The position numbers and the translations under genes were made by a program. A stretch of 63,997 bases of DNA, filler included, from Dimargaris cristalligena (lineage: Eukaryota): NCBI GenBank assembly GCA_003614675.1. It is 16 parts of 16 records of this genome, joined end to end, with 100 filler letters (N's around TTAATTAATTAA, not from the genome) between each part and the next. Parts side by side here need not be neighbours in the genome. Positions count along the whole stretch, not along the records: positions 44,631 to 48,571 come from ML003859.1; positions 48,672 to 52,607 come from ML003860.1; positions 52,708 to 56,636 come from ML003861.1; positions 56,737 to 60,647 come from ML003862.1; 12 more parts are not named here. One strand, 5' to 3'. The notes under the pieces are model-generated. The model ran no database searches. It worked only from the letters and a program-made list of their open reading frames with translations, and was not told where the DNA came from. This document shows, in pieces, positions 47,601 to 59,127 of this stretch. Within the stretch, counting starts at the first letter, position 1. Every line of letters starts with the position of its first letter.

Positions 47601-48571
47601 CACCCTGCCCATGGTAGAGGCCTTACTAGCCACGCCAACTGTTCTAGCGTCCTTGGACCCATCCAAGTACCCCAAGTTAAAAAAGGTCATGGCCGCGGGT
47701 GAGGCCCTTCCACGCCAAGTGGCCGAGCGTTGGGCGAATCATTGTCGGGTGTTCAATTTTTATGGACCCACTGAATGTCTCATGTCGCACTCCATCGAAT
47801 ACACACCGGGAAGTGCGCTTACTGTTGGCAAACCAGTTCCCAACACCGAGGCCTATATCCTTGACCGGAATCTCCGCCCTGTACCCGTTGGGGTGCGGGG
47901 AGAAATCTGTGTTGCGGGTATTCAAGTCACCCGAGGCTACGTCAACTTACCCGAGCTTACTCGTGAACGACTATTACCCAATCCCTTTACTGGCAATGGC
48001 CTCCTCTACCGTACGGGTGATACTGGGCGCTGGCTGGCTGATGGCACAGTCGAGTATTTTTCTCGACATGATGACCAGGTAAAAATCCGCGGGCATCGAA
48101 TTGAGCCCCAAGAAATCGAGACTGTCCTACTTAGTCATCCCGACGTGAAGAGTGCCGCCGTTGTCATCGTCAATCGAAAGATTTACGCATTTGTCTGCCC
48201 TAGTTCAGTAACAGTCGAGTCCGTTAAGTCACACATTGGTCGGATTCTACCTGCCTATATGAACCCCAACGCCATATTTTATATTGACGAGTTACCCCGC
48301 AACACCAATGGCAAGACAGACAAGCATGCTTTGGCTGCAAGAATCGCCGAATTAACCTCAATGGATACTGGTCGTACTATTACAGCACCGCAGAATCCAG
48401 TGCAGGTCCTAGTCGTGGAGGCCCTCAGCCAGACGTTGGATATTCCCTGTGACCAGATTGATATTTATGACTCATTTTTCCAACTCGGTGGCGACTCGAT
48501 TTCTGCCATTCGCCTGTCCTCCCTCTGCCGAGACCGTGGTCTACATATTTCAATCGCCCAGGTGTTCAAGT
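44632..48571 (+). CDS. Non-ribosomal peptide synthetase fragment: E(partial)-C-A-T, interrupted by an in-frame TAA at 46405-46407
   Basis: E domain: NESHGR, TVGWFT, FNYLG, TPSDFP. C domain: YPMLPMQQGM, IHHALTDGWS, FGNTVSGR. A domain: YTSGTTGRPKG, FYGPTE, YRTGD, KIRGHRIE, NGKTDK. T domain: FFQLGGDSI. Both ORFs are in the same frame. Confidence 0.95.
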
Positions 48572-49057
48572 NNNNNNNNNNNNNNNNNNNNNNNNNNNNN
48601 NNNNNNNNNNNNNNNTTAATTAATTAANNNNNNNNNNNNNNNNNNNNNNNNNNNNNNNNNNNNNNNNNNNNAAGGGTTTGGAGGACACATGGGGCAATGG
48701 CAGTGTATCACCTAGTAGCCATCCCCAATGCACTCTTAGTCCCACCAAAATGCCTCTATGTTCGCTCCCGCTAAGCCAATAGGTAAAGGCAGCTAGTGTT
48801 GTCCATTGCTGGCGACCAAACGGTTATCTTATTTTGGCGTTACAATAAGCAGGGCCCACCTGCATCACCCATGGATATCCGGTAGGTGGATGTCGCCTCA
48901 TCCGGTTGCTATTTAATACCATCGCATACTTTCTTTTTCTATCCGAACTTAGTAAATAGTTGATACTCTTTATAGTCGGTTCGCTCAGATCGATGTACAT
49001 TTATACGCATAGCCCTCTTTTATATACATACATATTAATACTGGTATTTTCACAGTT

Positions 49058-50520
49058 ATGTATAATCATTTCTCAATCATCGGTGTGCTACTGGCGGGGT
49101 TAGTCCCAACGGATCTAGTGAGTGGGTTCCCCAGTGCCACCACCTATTTGAATCGACCTGTCTCCCACTCTTTGCCAGATTTAGCTGGCTCAGGCCGGTT
49201 TAGCCGGGGTCTGATGTACCCGGCCGATGATTCTAGAATAGGGGAGTGGGCTGACCCCAGTCTCCCGAGTTACGAACAGGCGGTTCCCCCGCCCCAATAT
49301 GAGCCCTACGAAGACCTGCACGATATGACCCAGAGTCTGGGCATTGCTTATGCCATGGTACATCCTCAGCATCGCGAAGTACTAACCCTGCCGCAGTGTC
49401 TGTGGGACCTTTTGGCCTACCAATCTGAAGTGACCGAAGAGGTAAGTTGGGCTAGACTCGAGGCTGGCAATAGCCCTCGGTGCAGTCTAAACATGGTTCG
49501 TAGTTTTAGGACCTTTGGCCTATAGCTTGACTCGGCCGGCATTTTTTATATATTCGAATTACCATTTTATGTCAAGCAACGGCGGCACGCCTGTAAATTC
49601 TACCCAATTGGTTATAATGTACAACGATATTGATACCAGTTTTTCAACCTGTATTTTCCGTTTCTTTTTTACAGCAACGCAATGCTTTCTGGGGCCTACT
49701 AATGCAACCCAATCTAGAGCCCATTCAAGTCTCCGGGGTACTTAAATTCCTCAACCAAGTCCCCAGTTCGGCACTGGGCCAACTCGTATTGGACCATGTC
49801 TTGACCTGTCCCACTACCGTGGCCTTTCATCCGTCCGGAAACGGCCGCCGGATTCCCCACATCCGACTCCCGAACAACCATTTCTTTCGCCTCATGGCGG
49901 GACCCTATCCCGAACTAGCGCTGGAGATATTTGACATTGTTCATATGATGGCCCTATTTCGTATGAATGCGGGGTTTTCCGAGGCCGCTGCCATGCCCGC
50001 GGGTCCGGCCAAAGTACAGCTGCGCTACCGAATGGTTTGGTGGCGCTCCGCTTGGAATGCCATCCAGGACCAGACCCTCAAGATTATGGCGGTCCAGGAG
50101 GAGGGGGAGGCGGGGGAGAAGATCCACCGACTGGCCGAAATCTACCGGTTGGCCATTATGGATGTATTAGAACCCACCCAAACAATGACGACGCTCATGT
50201 GGGCATTTTGGTTCCACCGGGTCAACACGGTTCGCTTATTGGTCCAACATATCGAGTCCCGGCGGGCTACGTTGCCGGAACCGCTGGAGCAGCTGTACGC
50301 GTATATAAGGCAATGGGCTGAGGTGGAGAATAATAATAATGCTGATGATCCGTTGGTGCAACGCACCATGCATGCCACCATTCGGACGATTTATTGGGTT
50401 TCTTTTCATTCAGGGATATTCTTTGACCAGTTCCCGTTAGGGGAGGATTTATTATTGCAGCCGGTGGAGCAGATTCGGGATAGAGTGGTCGAAATTATGG
50501 TCAATAAAATTGAATTTTAA
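49058..50520 (+). CDS. Orphan secreted protein (~409 aa) with PY motifs; exons 49058-49441 and 49675-50520
   Basis: Signal peptide MYNHFSIIGVLLAGLVPTDLVSG; phase-0 intron GTAAGT(49442)..TTTTACAG(49674); LPSYEQAVPPPQYEPY. Confidence 0.78.
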
Positions 50521-51681
50521 GGGAGTAGTGGCGCCGATGCCGTGGCTGTCACCGGTCCTCAACTCAAACATATGTATATTTTCATTAATGGGATCCCCCA
50601 CCTCCCCTGTTTGGGCGGTTAAATGCGAAGTACCAATATAGTATTAGGGGGCGGGCTCACGGGGATATATAGTGCACAACACCCCAGCGGCTAGACTAGC
50701 GCCTTCTACGCAGGGCCTGGAAGTGTCCACGTTGGACCTTGGGAAGCCGATTGTTAATCATTTGAAGTCACTGTAGTTTACCCTAATACCAAATTACTTT
50801 ATCTTCGCTGTATTTATCTGCCCTCCCCCCTCTACCGTCCTTCAACATGGCTATTTGTAGTTGGTTTTCAATACCTCTCCCTGGACCAAACTATGATATA
50901 CTCCGCCTAGCCAGCCGGGAGGGCAAAAATGATGAGCACTGCCAATCTTCAGCGTCTTTATGCGGGGCGATTTCGATTAAAGGATTAATTTACATTCGAC
51001 TTCGCTGGGCTTGGGGATCAACGGCTCTTTATATCTGTTTTAATGGACAAATGAAATGAAGCCCCCCTACGTCCCTCCTTCTCTTCATCCATCCCATCTC
51101 ACCCCCTTCTATTATATTTCACTTCCATCTTAGATATCCTCGATATAAGCAGCCACTCTCCTTGAATAAATGAAAATCAAAAAGTTCCGGGCCTTGCTCG
51201 ATTTTCGCAATTCTCTTTATGCTAGTCCTTCTCCCTCATCTATTCGAGCCAACTCTCCGTGTTCTGTCTATTCTTTTGCGAATATCCCCCCAAGAGGAGT
51301 AGTGTGTTCCTAAGCCACCCCATTACCTCGCCGGGCTGGCCTTGTCATCCCTCACCCCCCTCTATGGATACTCTGCGCCAGACTATTGGCGACCCCGCCC
51401 GCCCAGCTAATAATATAAGGGGACTTTAGCTAGGTCTAAACAATATATATAAGGCCATAGACTTCCCCCACCCACTTGTATTCCTACGTATTTTCTTACA
51501 TTTTAGATTTCTTTCCCTATTAACTGCAGTCACTTAAACCCACCGCCTAGTGGTTCTGTTTGCAACCTCTTGCATACCGTCATTGATATCCACTACCATT
51601 TAAAAATATCACTATATTCTACTCACCATCCATTTGTATTCTACTCAATATTTTCAAGCCATTAATTATCTGCCTTTCACT

Positions 51682-52607
51682 ATGTCTACTCTCCGAAAAA
51701 TCCCTCGCACTCCCGATGCGCAAGCAACCCCACGCAAGGCCGCCACCTCCATGTCGAATACCCCTACCGCCAAGCAGGCCGAATTCCGCCACCGGTTCAC
51801 CGTTCTATTCGGGACCCTAACCTGTTTCTATATTGCCAGCCAGTTGCTTTACTTTCACTTCGCCGACCGCCTCCCCAGTCTCGCATCCTTATTTCTCTCC
51901 CCCACTCCATATACCCGCCCCGCCCTGACGGCAGCTTACTACGGCTCCCCACCGGTACCGTCCCCGGAACCCCTCGATATCGCCGTCACCGGGACCCTAC
52001 GGTCACCCGGTCCCGCGTGGAACGCCGTCCATTATACCAATACCAATAATACCACTGGTGGTGGTGGTGGTGACAGCGGATCAGCGGCTTCCTCCCCCAC
52101 GTTCGCCGCCGACCGCCTCGGTTTCGACCGGGTCTACCTCATCAACCTCGACGACCGACCCGACCGGCTCCACGGCACCCAAGCCATGCTCGAACACCTC
52201 GGCATCACCGGCTACGAGCGGCTCTCGGCCGTTTCGCGGGCCGACATGGAAGCCCATCCGGTGTATCGGCACCACATCACCGAGGACATGAACGCGGGGC
52301 GCTTAGCGTGTTGGTCGAGCCATATGCATATTTACCGCGAGTTGGTCCATGCGCCCCCCCCACGTGCAAACCGCGCTCATCTTGGAGGACGATATTGACA
52401 TGGAAAGCGATATCGTGGCCCAAACGGAAGTGGCCCTGGCGGATTTGGAAGGCGTGGCGTGGGACTTGTTTTACCTGGGCCAGTGCGGGGGCCAGTTCGG
52501 CGTCATGGGGGATAAGCTGATGAGTGGGACGGGTATCGACACATTCGAACAATCCGGGGCATTCCCCGCCGCCGCCGGTGTCGAAGGGGGCGAGGGCGAG
52601 GAGTGGG
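51682..52607 (+). CDS. Glycosyltransferase family 25, type II membrane protein; frameshifted at a C8 run; 3'-truncated
   Basis: N-terminal TM helix; LGFDRVYLINLDDRPDRL and GRLACWSSH, then ALILEDDID and WDLFYLG in the +1 frame after the C8 at 52354-52361. Confidence 0.85.
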
Positions 52608-53167
52608 NNNNNNNNNNNNNNNNNNNNNNNNNNNNNNNNNNNNNNNNNNNNTTAATTAATTAANNNNNNNNNNNNNNNNNNNNNNNNNNNNNNNNNNNNN
52701 NNNNNNNGAGGAGGAGGAGGGGAAGGTGCGCGTAGCGATTGATGGACGATCATCCGCTTGCGCCGTATGCTGCCACTTCCATTCCAGCACTTGAACATGG
52801 CCGACCAATTGGTACACAGTCTTCCTTCGTCTTTCTCTGGCCATACACACGTATGCACGTACGTACACGTAGAATAAAAGCTGCTCTGCTGAATAGGGAG
52901 GGGGCGTAGAACTCGCTGCATCCAGTAGAATGAAATGTCGTCCAAAAAGGAGGCAGGCACGATGGCCGCCACCAAATGTGCCACATCGCTATTTACATAA
53001 GCCAGTGCGACCGGCCCTATTCCTTGCCGCGACATATACTTTATGCTGGATCGCAATAGCACGCACACTGCTTGCCCTTCACTGCCCCTTCATTGCTCTC
53101 TCTCTCTATATATATATATCTCGCTGTCTCGCTGTACACGTCGACTCGGCGTGTTCTATCCTCGAGC

Positions 53168-53574
53168 ATGGCCACCACCACGAACACGCTCTCTGCCCAC
53201 GATGATACATCAATTGCCGTGGCACGCTCTGGCAGCTCCGTCTCGAGCTATGTGAGTACGGCTCACTCAGACAGCCACTGCACTGACCACTCCGCTCGTG
53301 TGCGTGCGCATAGGCCACTGCTCCCTCCATAAGGAGCACCGTCTACCTGGACTGCGAGGACGGCAAGGACACCTACACAGCCCTTGTGACTGCATTGCTT
53401 ACCTGCTGCCCATTAGGAACGGGCATTGCGTCGGCGGCCGAACAAGTGGCGGCGCCTGTCGCCGAGCCGGCAATTGAGCCGGCAATCGAATCAGTAGTCG
53501 AGTCAACAGTCGAGCCAGCAGCCACTGCACAAGTGGCCACCGAGCCAACCGTGCTGGTTATTTCGTCCGATGAA

Positions 53575-53605
<31 letters not shown>

Positions 53606-55078
53606 GACAGGGACAGGGACAGGAGCAGAGGGGACAGAGGGGGGAGATGGTGGCGGTGCATGCCGACCTAGCAGCCATGGTGAGTGTGGCAACCGAGCCA
53701 ACCGTGCTGCTCGATTCGAGCAAGGGGAAGGGGCCGGCCGTCGACGCGACTAGCCCGCCGTCGTCCAATAGCCAGGCAAGTAATGGTGGCCGCCGGCCAC
53801 GGAATGCTCCTAACCACCTAAAAGACGACGGGCGGCTACGTGCTCGGCGGGGAGCTTGGCAGGCAAGTAGCTGCTGCTGGCGAGGCCTACCTCCCCCACC
53901 ACCAACACATGCGTGCACAGAGGCACCTTCGGCGTGGTGCACAGAGGCGCGTCAAAAAAGACCGGCGACCTCGTGGCGATCAAAATAACGAAGAAATGCG
54001 AGAATAGCATGAGGGAGTGGGGCATCATGGCCAAGATCGACGGCCATCCCAACATCGTGCGCGCGATCGAACTGATGGTGGGCGCGGAGCATGTTTACTG
54101 CGTGCTCGAGTATGCCGAGGGCGGCGACCTGTTCTCGTATGCGATGAACTACGGCCCTCGACTGCTGGAGCCGAAGGTGCGGCAAATCACGCGGCAGATC
54201 GTGGCTGCCCTGCTGGCAAGTGGCACGCACTGGTAGCAAGATGAACGGGGCTAACTGCTTAGTAGCACCTCAATGCACACGGCATCGCACACCTTGGTAC
54301 GTTAGCGAGCAATGCTGCTCACAGCCACTAACGCACAGCTGATGACATGGACAACCAGATCTGAAGGCGCGTAAGGACATTCCATTTATGCAATGGTATG
54401 CTGACGCCATCATACAGCCAGAGAATGTGCTATTCAAGGATGCCGGTCACAACCACATCCTGCTGGCCGACTTTGGCACAGCCGTAGCGACGGACGATCC
54501 GAGCATGCTCTTCACTCACACTGCTGGCACCATCCGCTATATGGCGCCGGAAGTATTAGCCTGCAGCCCTGGAGCGAAGAACGTCACTTATGAGGCCATC
54601 CAAGGCGGCTTCAACAAACTAGCAGACAACTGGAGCCTCGGTGTTCTGGTGCACGCTCTGCTATACGGCAAGTAGTGAATAGTATCAAATGAACATTAGC
54701 TAACAACTAATTGTAGGCCACTATCCATTTTCTGTAGAAGGGCTGCTCCAAAGACCCCGCACTCAGCTGGAAAGAATACTAAAAAAGCGCACTCCATTTG
54801 CGAGTGCGACCGAAGATCTGGCTGCTCCACAAGGTAAGCAGCACTGTATGATTGCTGTGTGCAAGCTGGTTAATGCTGCCCTATCGCTAGACTTTGTCAG
54901 CCGGCTCCTACAGATCGATCCAGCACAGCGAATGACGCTGGAGGCAGCCCTTGAGCACCCGTGGCTGGTGGCCGCCCAGGGCAGCAAGCACGGCCACGAC
55001 GATCCACAGGCAGGACCATCGGGCACGCAGGCTGGCAAGCGGCCACGACTAGACCGCGGCATCAGGCCAGCTCCTTAA
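53168..55078 (+). CDS. Ser/Thr protein kinase (CAMK-group-like), at least 9 exons
   Basis: The spliced model gives LGRGTFGVV, VAIK, HPNIV, LEYAEGGDLF, HGIAHLDLKPENVL, LADFG, AGTIRYMAPE, DNWSLGV, YGHYPF, LLQIDPAQRMT..ALEHPW. Introns: 53252-53313, 53776-53824, 53863-53920, 54216-54265, 54297-54358, 54367-54417, 54668-54716, 54834-54890. Confidence 0.88.
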
Positions 55079-56575
55079 TTGCTCTGCAGCCACTCCTTTC
55101 TCCCTCCCTTTCTCCCTTCCTCCCTTCGCCTATTACTTTCTCATAGCTAGCTGTGCTTCCTAGTAGCGTGTACGCAGATGCACCAGCACACTGATCCATA
55201 ATAAATAGGATTGCTCATTGTCAGTGCACATGCGGAAACAATGAACCGTGCCAATGAGGCCACGCTAGGACACACTGTCCTTCCATGAGCGCATGCCGCT
55301 ACAAAGACGCGCTAAGGATCATTTGCTAAGGGGCATCACGATGCTGCACAATGCAGCCATCGCATTGCTGACCTTAGCTTATTGGAGCAACGCCATTATC
55401 CTCATACCGCACACACACACATATATATATATATGTGCTCGCTCTTCTTTTTCTCCCTCCTTCCTCCTCCTTTATTCGCATGCTTTTGACTGCTAATTTG
55501 CACACTCTTGTCCTTTCCGCAGTACAGGCCAGTAGGTTTGCGCACTGTATGACAATGAGCCAAAGGAGCAATATGAGAAGCAGGGCATTTCTTTGGTTAG
55601 TGGTAAACGTATTGACCTCTTACAGTCTTAGGCTATACTGTAGGCTCGCTTGCACTGCCACATTGTAACCGAATGAGTGTCTTGCTATTGTACTGCTGCG
55701 CGGTATATGCCGCTTGCTTGTGTGTGTCTGAATTTGACGCGACAGCAGTGGCATGTCGTTGCCTGCTTTGCTGCTATGGCCGCCTCATGGCGTGCACGCT
55801 GGCCATGCTGTACTGCTTGTACCTTTCCCGCTTGCTTTCTTCGCCCTGCCAATATGCGATCCAGGCGGGTAACGGGCAGTCATGTTGGCACGGCCGTCTT
55901 CCGGCCACGCAGCCACCGATAGCAGCCTGGCTCGCTGGCCTATGGGTTGCTGGCCCTATAGCGCGGCCGGTAATAGGCCAGGCGACGAGGGCACTGTGTG
56001 GGTGCGTGGCCGGGAACAGCCCATGAGCTGGAGCTCGTGCCGACGTAGACGGGAGGGAGCCTGGATCATATTGCTATGCATTGCATGGTGCAGCAGCGTT
56101 GTCATTCCCCCTTCTCTTTCTCCTTTTCTCCCTCCCTTTATTAGATGGTCAATCATGCACGTCATATCAATACAGTGCAGGTAAGTGGCTGCTTTGTTGC
56201 ATTGGCTAACTGCAGCTGTTTGCCATAGGGGGGTGCACTGGCAATAAGCGCATAGATCTCGATGGCTATGGTCACGAAAAGGGCGCACCGTTTATCACTA
56301 TCCTTAGAGCGATTGCTGGGCCATCTGAAGCAGCAGCAGATCGCCAACGAACTTTTCGCGCTAACACCCTCGCCCAAGCACTGCGACTGGATCGCATAGC
56401 GTCAGCATCTGGCTGTGCGTAAATAAACTGCGCTACGAACAGACGCCCACTCACCTTCCCGCGGCGTGTTCCAAGCATGGAGTCGCGTGCCAAATGCGAT
56501 GCTGTACTTGGCTCCGGCAGGCGTGGAGCATTCGACTTGCCCCATGGGTCGTCCAGCACATCCTGGCCATGGCTG

Positions 56576-56612
<37 letters not shown>

Positions 56613-56736
56613 CTTCATGTGCAGGGCATTGAATACNNNNNNNNNNNNNNNNNNNNNNNNNNNNNNNNNNNNNNNNNNNNTTAATTAATTAANNNNNNNN
56701 NNNNNNNNNNNNNNNNNNNNNNNNNNNNNNNNNNNN

Positions 56737-56770
<34 letters not shown>

Positions 56771-56901
56771 GGGGGGGGGGGGGGGGGGGGGTGGAAAATT
56801 ACGACAATACAGGTGGGTGAGTAACATGGGAAAGGGCTGGTAAAACAAGCGAACAAAAAGTGAGGGTGCGTGTGAGGGGGTTTGATTGAATGGGTTAGAG
56901 G

Positions 56902-56942
<41 letters not shown>

Positions 56943-57135
56943 CCAACCGCATTGGAAGGCGTAAGTTTAACACCGTCGATATTAACGACTAATTCCGTGA
57001 TGGCGGTGACATTTAAACTATATAAAAAAAAGGTATACTGGGAATGGTTGGCTCAAAAATACAGGTAAAAGGAATGAATAATATGGGTGGGGGAGGCTGA
57101 GAAGGGATCACTCAAACAGGCTATCGGCTGGTTAA

Positions 57136-59127
57136 TCAAACGAGCTTTGATAGTGGAGTATTGGCCATTAGACCAGTAGGTGGCGACACCAGAGAGGGAA
57201 TAGGTGAAGCCCCCATAGTCCCTGAACCGAGCATGGTTCGAATAGCCTCCGACGATAACTGGATCTTATTGGTCTTGGGTTGGGTGGAGCCTGGAATCCC
57301 ACTGATCGAACCAGAGGTTACCGTGGAACTGTTGAGGGGTAGCTTGGTCGAAATACTTGAAACCGGGTTGGTGGTTGAAGTAGGAGTGGCGGTATTTCCC
57401 GAGGTCGCCGGTAATACCGATGATTGAGACGCCGGGCCCACCATGGAATTGGCACCGCCGGCCAGGGACGTATTGGCCGAGAACGGAATAAATGCCGGCT
57501 GGGTAATCAAATTGCGCTGGTCGGCTTCGGAAAGAAGCCCAGCCCGAATACGGATAGTATCCCGGTGGGCTGGTTCCATTAAGATCAGATCATCGAAATC
57601 GGCGGCCCCACCATCGTCGTATCGGTAAGGGTCATAGTCGTAGTCATACCGCTGGAGAATACGGCGCTGTAGCTGAGGATCGGCGGGGGCTACAGGGATA
57701 TGCCGCCGGTCCATGAAAAGCCGACCACCTCGACCCATTCGGCACCGGAAGGCGGACCGACCGGGTCGGCAATACATGCTAGTGGTTGATGGGGACACTG
57801 GTTCTCCCGTGGAGAGGCGGTAGGGATGGGCTCGCCGAGGTGTAGACGTGGTATGACCGTCGACTGGCCGCGAGGAAGGGAAAGGCCGGAAAAGGCTGAG
57901 CGAATGAGGTAGGACCCGGGGTTCGTAAGGATTGGCGGTCGTATCAAGCCAGCCTTCGTTTAGGGCCCTCCGCCGGGCCACTTCGGCCACAGCACGTTCC
58001 GACAGTGATGGTACCAGTTTCGGAGGTACCTGAAAAGGAACCTTGAGCAGGCCGGCCGTGGCTGGTGACGAGGCGGCTGTGGACATCGACCCGGCGCAAT
58101 CCGCACTGTCTTTGATTTTGCGCAGGGGGATAGTGATGGTGTGTCGTCCTCCTTCGCCACCGGTGGCCTTGCGGGACTTACGCCGAGACCCGAATAACTC
58201 GTCGTTCTCGTCGCGCGGGTGGTTTAGGGCCCGGCGCTGTTCCAGCACGGTGCACTTCTGCTTAAAGATGATTTGCTCCAGGACCAGAGATTCCTTGCGC
58301 ATCTTCTCCCGCCGGGCCACCATCTCCAAGAGAGTCCGGGCGCTTTCTAGCTCCAGGTGCATCTTGCGCAGTTTCTCCAGGGAATGGGCATCCGTCCGCC
58401 GGGTCTTTCGCAAGGGCTTAACCTCGCGGCGGCGGAAGCACACGTAAGGGTCGGAATCGGTTGTGCGCCCCAGCTCTTCGAATTTGAGGGTGGGCATGAG
58501 TGGCCGAAGCTCCATTTCCTCCTTCTTGGTGCGCCAGTAGTCGTAGAGGGGTTTGGCTTGTGAGTGGAAGGCGATACCCTTTTCCTGGGCCCGCTGTTCC
58601 AAACTGGCGAAAGCGGGGATATCGTCGACGGACTGGAATACCATATCGCAGGTCAGTTGTTCGAATTGCCATAGGGTGGCTTCAAATACGTCGTCGGGAA
58701 CCTTCTGGCTACTCTTGAGGGACTTGTTAAACTGGTTGAGCCAGGCTGTGTCGTCCTCATCCATGCAGTAGGGGCAGCCCATGGAGTCCTCCACGGTGGC
58801 TGAGAAACGGATATAACTAGTGGGCCGACTGAACGATTTGCGGTAAACCTCGTGGTAATTGGCAACGGAGCGGGATGCATCGGGGGTCGGAATATAGAGG
58901 GGGGCCACCTTATCATTGCCCGTGCCGGAAGCGGCAGCCTGGGCGGCGGAAATCACGGCCTGCAGATGGTGTTCCTCCTCTTCCTCTTTCTCGACACCCG
59001 TCTCCACTAGCTGGGAGGTTCGTTGAAGCACCGACGCATCGTCCAAGTCCGGCAGCTCCGACGCCCGATAGACCGGAAGCGGACGCTTGAAGTCGATCTT
59101 GCGGGAACGGAACTTGGCCTTGGACAT
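57136..59127 (-). CDS. EPL1: Enhancer of polycomb-like protein 1 (NuA4 subunit)
   Basis: FRSRKIDFKRPLPV, ETGVEKEEEEEHHLQAVI, YIPTPDA, YIRFSATVED, YCMDEDD, YDYW, DPYVCFRRREVK..RKTRRTD, RMGRGGRLFMDR. Confidence 0.95.
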   Translation of the reverse strand: MSKAKFRSRKIDFKRPLPVYRASELPDLDDASVLQRTSQLVETGVEKEEEEEHHLQAVISAAQAAASGTGNDKVAPLYIPTPDASRSVANYHEVYRKSFSRPTSYIRFSATVEDSMGCPYCMDEDDTAWLNQFNKSLKSSQKVPDDVFEATLWQFEQLTCDMVFQSVDDIPAFASLEQRAQEKGIAFHSQAKPLYDYWRTKKEEMELRPLMPTLKFEELGRTTDSDPYVCFRRREVKPLRKTRRTDAHSLEKLRKMHLELESARTLLEMVARREKMRKESLVLEQIIFKQKCTVLEQRRALNHPRDENDELFGSRRKSRKATGGEGGRHTITIPLRKIKDSADCAGSMSTAASSPATAGLLKVPFQVPPKLVPSLSERAVAEVARRRALNEGWLDTTANPYEPRVLPHSLSLFRPFPSSRPVDGHTTSTPRRAHPYRLSTGEPVSPSTTSMYCRPGRSAFRCRMGRGGRLFMDRRHIPVAPADPQLQRRILQRYDYDYDPYRYDDGGAADFDDLILMEPAHRDTIRIRAGLLSEADQRNLITQPAFIPFSANTSLAGGANSMVGPASQSSVLPATSGNTATPTSTTNPVSSISTKLPLNSSTVTSGSISGIPGSTQPKTNKIQLSSEAIRTMLGSGTMGASPIPSLVSPPTGLMANTPLSKLV

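Noticed and set aside
35018..48571. Methyltransferase, aminopropyltransferase, oxidoreductase and NRPS as a biosynthetic cluster
   Set aside because: They sit on separate contigs joined arbitrarily by length. Only the SPE3-like gene and the AflY-like exon share a contig.
55293..56636. Cluster of Cys/Ala-rich short ORFs
   Set aside because: By-products of TGC/GCA-rich non-coding sequence and microsatellites; no consistent gene model.
56737..56792. Long poly-G run as a G-quadruplex or polyproline ORF
   Set aside because: It lies at a contig edge and is typical of a low-quality or homopolymer assembly end.
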